Assembly: GCA_002269645.1 (NCBI GenBank)
Contig: NIVC01000110.1
Location: 310,001 to 374,000, forward strand
DNA: 64,000 bases
Direction of reading: 5' to 3'
Origin: Macrostomum lignano
Taxonomy: Eukaryota
This document shows, piece by piece, positions 58,296 through 64,000 of the stretch (its first letter is position 1; each line of letters starts with the position of its first letter). The notes beneath the pieces were generated by a model. That model searched no databases. It saw only the letters and a list, made by a program, of their open reading frames with translations, and was not told the DNA's origin. The position numbers were made by a program, and so were the translations under genes.

Positions 58296-58610
58296 ATGAC
58301 GTCATCAATAGTAGACTGCAGTTTCTGCGGCGACAATCCAGCCGCAGTCTACTGCAGTACGCCCACCTGCAGCCGCAACATTCTGTGCCGCAGCTGCGAC
58401 TCGCTCTGGCACGGACACCCTAATCGTAGAAATCACGTGACCGAACCTTATCATCAGCAGCAGTCTGGCCTTGCAATTGCTCCGTCTAGCACTGAAGTTT
58501 CATCGCGCAGATTTTTTAACATCGAATTCTGGATTTTTTATGGTCCAGCAGTTCTGCTCTTTGCATTGCTGTTGCTAAACTTGTGCGGCAGAGCTGATAC
58601 TCCGTCTTGA
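58296..58610 (+). CDS. B-box-only micro-ORF (104 aa) with a C-terminal hydrophobic segment; truncated paralogue of the H7 5' end
   Basis: CSFCGDNPAAVYC...LCRSCDSLWHGHPNRRNH matches the H7 and H1 B-box. It ends FWIFYGPAVLLFALLLLNLC...*. Confidence 0.6.
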   Translation: MTSSIVDCSFCGDNPAAVYCSTPTCSRNILCRSCDSLWHGHPNRRNHVTEPYHQQQSGLAIAPSSTEVSSRRFFNIEFWIFYGPAVLLFALLLLNLCGRADTPS

Positions 58611-60861
58611 TGCCAGATCAACTGGTTGATGCTTCATTTGTCACGGAAAATGTTGAATCCTCTTCATAGATTTCCGGATGGCTGAGAAAGTTGTAAACCA
58701 GCCGTCTGATGCGGCTTCGAATTGTCCTTATGGATTAATTCTGTTATACTGCATCTATTGGACTCGACCTGATGTGATGAAAGCTGGTCGTTGATCGCAG
58801 CCTGAAAAAGGAAATCAATATTTGATTGTAACTTTTTGATTATCAATCTGTTTAGACGATTTTAACAGTTGATCAATAGATCAATAAATTAAAATAGACT
58901 GTAATAGACTGATGATACTACACTCATGGTAAAAGTACAAATACGAGGGTTGTTCTGTGGCTGACTGTGATATTCGAATTTGATGCAACTTGCGTCATAA
59001 GTAGAAAAGGATCAAACGGTTGTTTTGATTTTTAATGGGGTAAAAATGCCAATTCATTCAAAATTTATGCCTATGGTTAGAGCGAGGGGTAGAGGGTGGA
59101 GTTTCACCAAGTCGAGCATACTATGCTGACCATAGACTAAACTTTTGATGTTTAGTCAGAAGCACAGAATACACCAGAATGCTCAATCAGCTTCCAAATC
59201 GAAAGCCGAAATATAAAACCATAGTCACTACTCCTGAGGTGAATAAGAGATAAGTAGTACTGAAATTTGAGAAGTAGTCACCTTTTTGTACGTCCATTCG
59301 AGGGGGAACATTTTTATGGACAGAAGGTCCCGACTGTATATTTGCAGCTGTAGCGACATGAAAATGTAGATATTAATTGTGAACATTAAACGCAAACTAG
59401 AACAGTTTAAAAACAGCAGTATGAGCAGCAGTTTAGGCAATTGGGTACGTGATATAGCCGTACGTGAAAATTTAGCATGAAAATTGCAAACTGGAACAGT
59501 TTAAAAAGAGCAGTATGAGCAGCAGTTTAAGCCTCAAACATGCCCACTTGTGCTCGTTGGCTTTGCCAAGCAGGTCGGCTCTGTAGATTCGGCGCGCCCA
59601 TTCTTCGCATCTGCATGAAACAGTTATTATGGCATGCCTGTCAAAAGCGACTACAATAACTACTCGTAAGATATCATATCATAATACTGATGTCACGTAC
59701 CTTTCAGGACTCTTGATTGGAAACTTATGAAAACGAACTCCAGGTTGATTTCTATACGCATAAGATTTACAGCCGTATGATGCGCACTGCCGACGTGAAA
59801 CTGTTAGCATGGCGCAACAGAGGCGTGAAAATGAGAATCACGGGACACTTACAATTAAATAAAGTAGCTGTCAGCCAAACGACTTTAATTAACATTGGAC
59901 CATCGATTTATTTGGAGCGGCCAAAAGGGGTATAAATCTAAGGAACGCAGGCAACTAAGCTGAGTTATTGTACACTAGGCATCCAATAGATAGGATAGAT
60001 GGACAGAAAGACAAGCGAAAAACATCGTCTATGGCAAAATCGATCTCAATACACTCGGGTTGATGAAAGAAGCCAGCACTACTCACAAATCACTTCACCT
60101 TAGAAGTAGCGTAGCTAGCAAGCTAGCAAATAGTTTTTGCCTCAACTTTTTTTCTCAGGGAGCTTGAATGAGCATTCTGGTGTATTCTGTGGTCAGAACC
60201 ATCGATTTGAAAAAGAAGAAGCTGAAGAGAAACAAAAGAGCACATAAGCCCTCGAAAAAAGCAGAAGCTAATCTGAAGCAGAAGCAAGCAGAACAGCTGC
60301 AGGCTGCAGGCTGAGGGGTGACTTCGTCGAAAAGTCATCAGTCAAGGGCGATGGCGATGCTACGTGACCGACTTTGCGGACCCCTCGACTTGGTGTAACT
60401 CTGCCCCCTACCCCTTGTTCTAATTGTAGGCATAACTTTTGAATGAATTCGCATTTTATCCCCATTTAAAAAGCAAAACAACCGTTGGATTTTTTTCTAC
60501 TTATGACGCAATTTGCATCAAATTCGAATATCACAGTCAGCCTCTGTACCGGTTTTTCCCGCTATTTCTGGGACAGCCCTCGTAGATGTCACAAACGTGC
60601 TTTCTATTTGCTTACTGTTGCCATAGTTTGCGATCAATGTACTGAGTATGTGCTGAATATGTTAAATAAATGTGCGTATTTAATGAGATTCTTTTATGTA
60701 ACGTAACAAACGGATGTTGGCTTGAAATGATTTTGAGATTTTCAATAGTTTAACTCCAACAGGCACCAGTAAATGTAGTTTTTTAGCTTCGACTTAAGAG
60801 TACAAGCATTAAAGTAGAAATATGTACCAAATTATTTTGTCGTAATAATAAATTAGTCAAG

Positions 60862-61150
60862 GGAAGTTGTAGCCTAGTGGTTAGAGCGTCGGACGCACGA
60901 GATAAAGGTCGGGGGTTCGATTCTCGACCTACTCGGGGGGGCGGGAATTTGTGTCCTTGAGCAAGAAACTTAACTCTGCATTGCTTCAGTTCACCCAGCT
61001 GTAAAATGGGTGCCAGCATTAGCTGGGGTAATTTAGGGTGTGTGGCGACCCCCCCGTCCTTGGACTGAACAGCCGTACGCAGCCTTCAGATGCCCCGGGC
61101 AGTAGCTGCGGCTGAGCTGTCGGTTGCACATCTGGCCCATTGGGGCAGGT
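60862..61150 (+). mobile_element. tRNA-derived SINE family B (CORE-like), copy 3
   Basis: TAGCCTAGTGG, GGTTCGATTCT and a CORE-like block; shared 3' body. Confidence 0.83.
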
Positions 61151-61375
61151 TTAATCAAATATTAGTTTTTTATTGTTCTGAGGTGTTGTTTTGTGAGATT
61201 CTATAATAATTTCAAATAGTAACGACAGTAAAAAAAGTTCATCAAGGCTCACGGTTTACAACTTTCGAACGAGGTTCCATCTGGTTCTAGATAGCAGAGT
61301 CCCGATTATTTAGGACAACTTTTTTTAGGTCAATCAAATATTAACCAAGCAGTCAATACTCCCACAGAGCGCAGT

Positions 61376-64000
61376 ATGGCTACAGTAGACTGTAGCTTTT
61401 GTGGCGATTACCCAGCCGAAGTGCAGTGCGAAACAGCCGGCTGCAGCCGGAATCTGCTGTGCAAAAGCTGCGACCAGATTTGGCACAACCATCCGAATCG
61501 GAAAAATCACCAGACCAGACCCTACCAGCCCGGGTCGGCCGCTGGTCCTTCACGATCTCCCCAGTCAGGCCGCACGCCGCCGAAACGACCGCCACCGCCT
61601 CAACCAACATCTCCGCCACCTGCTTCTAGCAGCAGCGGTGGCTGGCAGTGCCAATTCTGCACTTTCATCAACGAGGATTCTACGCGAAGGATATGCAGCG
61701 TTTGTGGCAAGAGTGATGGAACACCTCCGATTGAGTTTAAGGAAGCCAGTCCTCCTGCAGGTAGCAACAACAATCGGTCAAATTCTGGCACAGGTGTTGC
61801 TAAACCGACAGTACCTGGTGGTTCCGCTCAGTCTGCTTCTTATTCGTCAGCTGTTTTGCCTAGCGAGTCTGATAGAGGATCGAGCGGAACATTCGATTCT
61901 CGGGCACCGGCTCACCAGAAGCCTGACAATGCTGCTCACAGTGTTGGCCGTACAGATACTAATGATAGTGACCTAGCTTTTGGAAGCAATAAGAATGCGC
62001 ACCAGAATTCATTTTTGGACGTAAAAAATCAGCAAGGTCAATTTCAAGGTCAAGATAAAGCAAATGATCTTTATGAGCAGCAGAGACAGTATCTAAATAA
62101 TCTTCAGCAGCAGCAGAGAAATCCACAACAGGATGAACAGCAGAGAGAGCAACAGCAGAGAGAGCAGCAGCAGAGAGAGCAACAGAAGAGAGAGCAGCAG
62201 CAGAGAGAGCAACAGCAGAGAGAGCAACAAAAGAGAGAGCAGCAGCAGAGAGAGCAGCAGCAGAGAGAGCAGCAGCAGAGAGAGCAACAGCAGAGAGAGC
62301 AACAGCAGAGAGAGCAACAGCAGAGAGAGCAGCAGCAGAGAGCGCAGCAGCAGAGAGAGCAACAGCAGAGAGAGCAACAGAAGAGAGAGCAGCAGCAGAG
62401 AGCGCAGCAGCAGAGAGAGCAACAGCAGAGAGAGCAACAGAAGAGAGAGCAGCAGCAGAGAGAGCAACAGCAGAGAGAGCAACAGAAGAGAGAGCAGCAG
62501 CAGAGAGAGCAACAGCAGAGAGAGCAACAAAAGAGAGAGCAGCAGCAGAGAGAGCAGCAGCAGAGAGAGCAGCAGCAGAGAGAGCAACAGCAGAGAGAGC
62601 AACAACAGAGAGAGCAGAATCGGCAACTACATGAACATCCTGCAACTAATTTTCCGTCAAAAGTAGCCTCTCAAAATTTCCAAGAAAAAAATTCTCAAAG
62701 CAGCTGGGTCTGCAAGCACTGCACGCTGCTCAACCCGGCTCCATCGCAGCCAGAAACTGGGCTTAGGATTTGCTCTGCTTGCGCACACACTACCGAACTC
62801 AGTGGTGGCGCCACTAAAAGAGGCGCAGTCGCTCGCAGTGAAGCCGCTTCTGCTGCGTCCATGCTGGCCTCCGCAGCCACAGAAGCCGCCAGTGATGCAG
62901 TCGGAGCGGCAGGAAGCGAGTCCAGCACAGGTTTTACCGAATGGTCCGATAGAGCTCAAAACCTGGCTTCGCAGCTCAGAGTGGAAGACTGGGTAGCAGA
63001 GAGAGTTCTGGCTGTCAAAAGCATGCCCAAGTTTAACGAGTTTTCCGAATCAGACCTTGTAGTTGCGATTGAGTCGTGTGGCGGCCTGGCGTTCGAAGAC
63101 GATGCTCTGATGAGCCAACTGCGTCGCAAGTGCAGCCGCTGTTCGAATGATTTACCGCGTCACAAACTTGTTGCCATGGCAGCATGCGAGTGCCAGATGT
63201 GTCCAGAGTGTTTTCGAAAATTTCTTCTTGAGCTGAAAAGCAGCAGAATTCAGTGCCCTGTCTGCAAGGATGTGTGCGATGATGAAGACAGTCGGGATTT
63301 CATGAGGATGCAGCTGATGGAAATGGCGGATGTGCTTGGCGCTGACGCTGTGGCGTATGCATTGGCGCGCCTTGAAGATAATTCAAGCAAAAATAGCGAC
63401 GAAGGTTGGGAAGTGGTCGAAGCTCCAGGCAAGAGAGGGAAAAAATCAAAAGCCTCAAAAGATGCCTCGACAGTTCCAGTAAACATTTCGAATGGCTATT
63501 GTCCTCATAGGAATGGTGGACTACCGAAAAGAGACACTCGGCAGTTCGAAAGTCACTGCAAAGTTTGTAAGCAGGATGTATGCAAGAAATGCTTTGGCTT
63601 CTGGACTGATCACCAACGGATGGACTGCAGCAGTTATCGGGTTCATGCAGCAGGTATTAAAAAAGGAGATTATAACAAAATGCACATAGCTGCTCAAAAG
63701 CAAGGCCTCTCGCCTACTGACGCAAACCTGCACGATCAGATGATGGAGCATCTGACTTTTGATTTGGTTTGCCCAGACTGCAGTCTTTGCTACCAGCGAG
63801 TGTCCAAATCTGGAGTTCCTGTGTTTCACTGCAGATGTGGGCATTCATTCTGTCCATTTTGTCGAAGCCCTCAGTTGAGACCTCACGAAGGCTGCCAAAT
63901 TAAAGGAATTCATGTGCACCACCAGCGCCAGTGCTACTTTTATTTGAAGCAAGTAAAACAGACGACTCTACTTGATTTGTTGAGGAGAAATAAGATTAAA
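61376..64000 (+). CDS. H7 (partial, runs off the window): catalytically inactive HOIP-like paralogue (B-box, NZF, REQQQ repeats, NZF, RING1-IBR-RING2*-LDD)
   Basis: It is absent from the ORF track because it has no stop. The frame starting at ATG 61376 stays in register at my spot checks (62003, 62615, 62705, 63815, 63962). RING2 reads SKSGVPVFHC. It is similar to H4 from about 62000 onward. Confidence 0.86.
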   Translation, partial: MATVDCSFCGDYPAEVQCETAGCSRNLLCKSCDQIWHNHPNRKNHQTRPYQPGSAAGPSRSPQSGRTPPKRPPPPQPTSPPPASSSSGGWQCQFCTFINEDSTRRICSVCGKSDGTPPIEFKEASPPAGSNNNRSNSGTGVAKPTVPGGSAQSASYSSAVLPSESDRGSSGTFDSRAPAHQKPDNAAHSVGRTDTNDSDLAFGSNKNAHQNSFLDVKNQQGQFQGQDKANDLYEQQRQYLNNLQQQQRNPQQDEQQREQQQREQQQREQQKREQQQREQQQREQQKREQQQREQQQREQQQREQQQREQQQREQQQREQQQRAQQQREQQQREQQKREQQQRAQQQREQQQREQQKREQQQREQQQREQQKREQQQREQQQREQQKREQQQREQQQREQQQREQQQREQQQREQNRQLHEHPATNFPSKVASQNFQEKNSQSSWVCKHCTLLNPAPSQPETGLRICSACAHTTELSGGATKRGAVARSEAASAASMLASAATEAASDAVGAAGSESSTGFTEWSDRAQNLASQLRVEDWVAERVLAVKSMPKFNEFSESDLVVAIESCGGLAFEDDALMSQLRRKCSRCSNDLPRHKLVAMAACECQMCPECFRKFLLELKSSRIQCPVCKDVCDDEDSRDFMRMQLMEMADVLGADAVAYALARLEDNSSKNSDEGWEVVEAPGKRGKKSKASKDASTVPVNISNGYCPHRNGGLPKRDTRQFESHCKVCKQDVCKKCFGFWTDHQRMDCSSYRVHAAGIKKGDYNKMHIAAQKQGLSPTDANLHDQMMEHLTFDLVCPDCSLCYQRVSKSGVPVFHCRCGHSFCPFCRSPQLRPHEGCQIKGIHVHHQRQCYFYLKQVKQTTLLDLLRRNKIK
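62130..62612 (+). repeat. Coding 15-bp repeat (REQQQ) in H7
   Basis: Directly visible. Confidence 0.96.

Noticed and set aside
58664-59440. Possible minus-strand exons (acceptor near 58802; 59228-59440)
   Set aside because: Splice-like signals exist, but there is no domain, start or coherent multi-exon model.
60140-60390. Lys/Glu-rich coiled-coil-like fragment
   Set aside because: Stops occur in all plus frames and no family is recognisable; at most a decayed fragment.
53867-61150. A-box/B-box heads as genuine tRNA genes
   Set aside because: They lack a closing acceptor stem and have poor anticodon stems, and each is attached to a shared SINE body.

Overview
Eukaryotic (metazoan) genomic DNA rich in micro- and minisatellites, with short GT-AG introns and GC-rich, Ala/Gln-rich exons. 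The overall style suggests a Macrostomum-like flatworm, but this is inference only. Left half (1-27.8 kb): a three-exon class A GPCR (4352-13850, +). Its intron 1 holds a 2-kb internally deleted Polinton/Maverick (AGTAGT termini, ~250-bp TIRs, 6-bp TSD, remnant virion-core genes). Its intron 2 holds an antisense ankyrin plus cGAS/Mab-21-like nucleotidyltransferase pseudogene. A BCL11/CTIP zinc-finger gene lies at 26.8-21.0 kb (-). A MITE family carries from 1 to about 80 copies of a 21-bp satellite. Right half (31.7-64 kb): a tandem, same-strand, nearly intronless array of seven HOIP/RNF31-like RBR ubiquitin ligase genes (H1-H7) plus a B-box-only micro-gene, separated by tRNA-derived SINEs. 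The paralogues fall into three classes. H1 and H6 are canonical linear-ubiquitin type (GGC[L/M]H and HPRDC intact). H2, H3 and H5 keep the active site but have a rewired acceptor-ubiquitin site, share a 555-bp homogenised tract, and H3 is fused to a filamin repeat. H4 and H7 lack both catalytic residues yet have intact frames. This diversified LUBAC-like array is the best candidate for an undescribed system; the mini-Polinton is second. All domain calls are by-eye motif recognition; no database searches were run.
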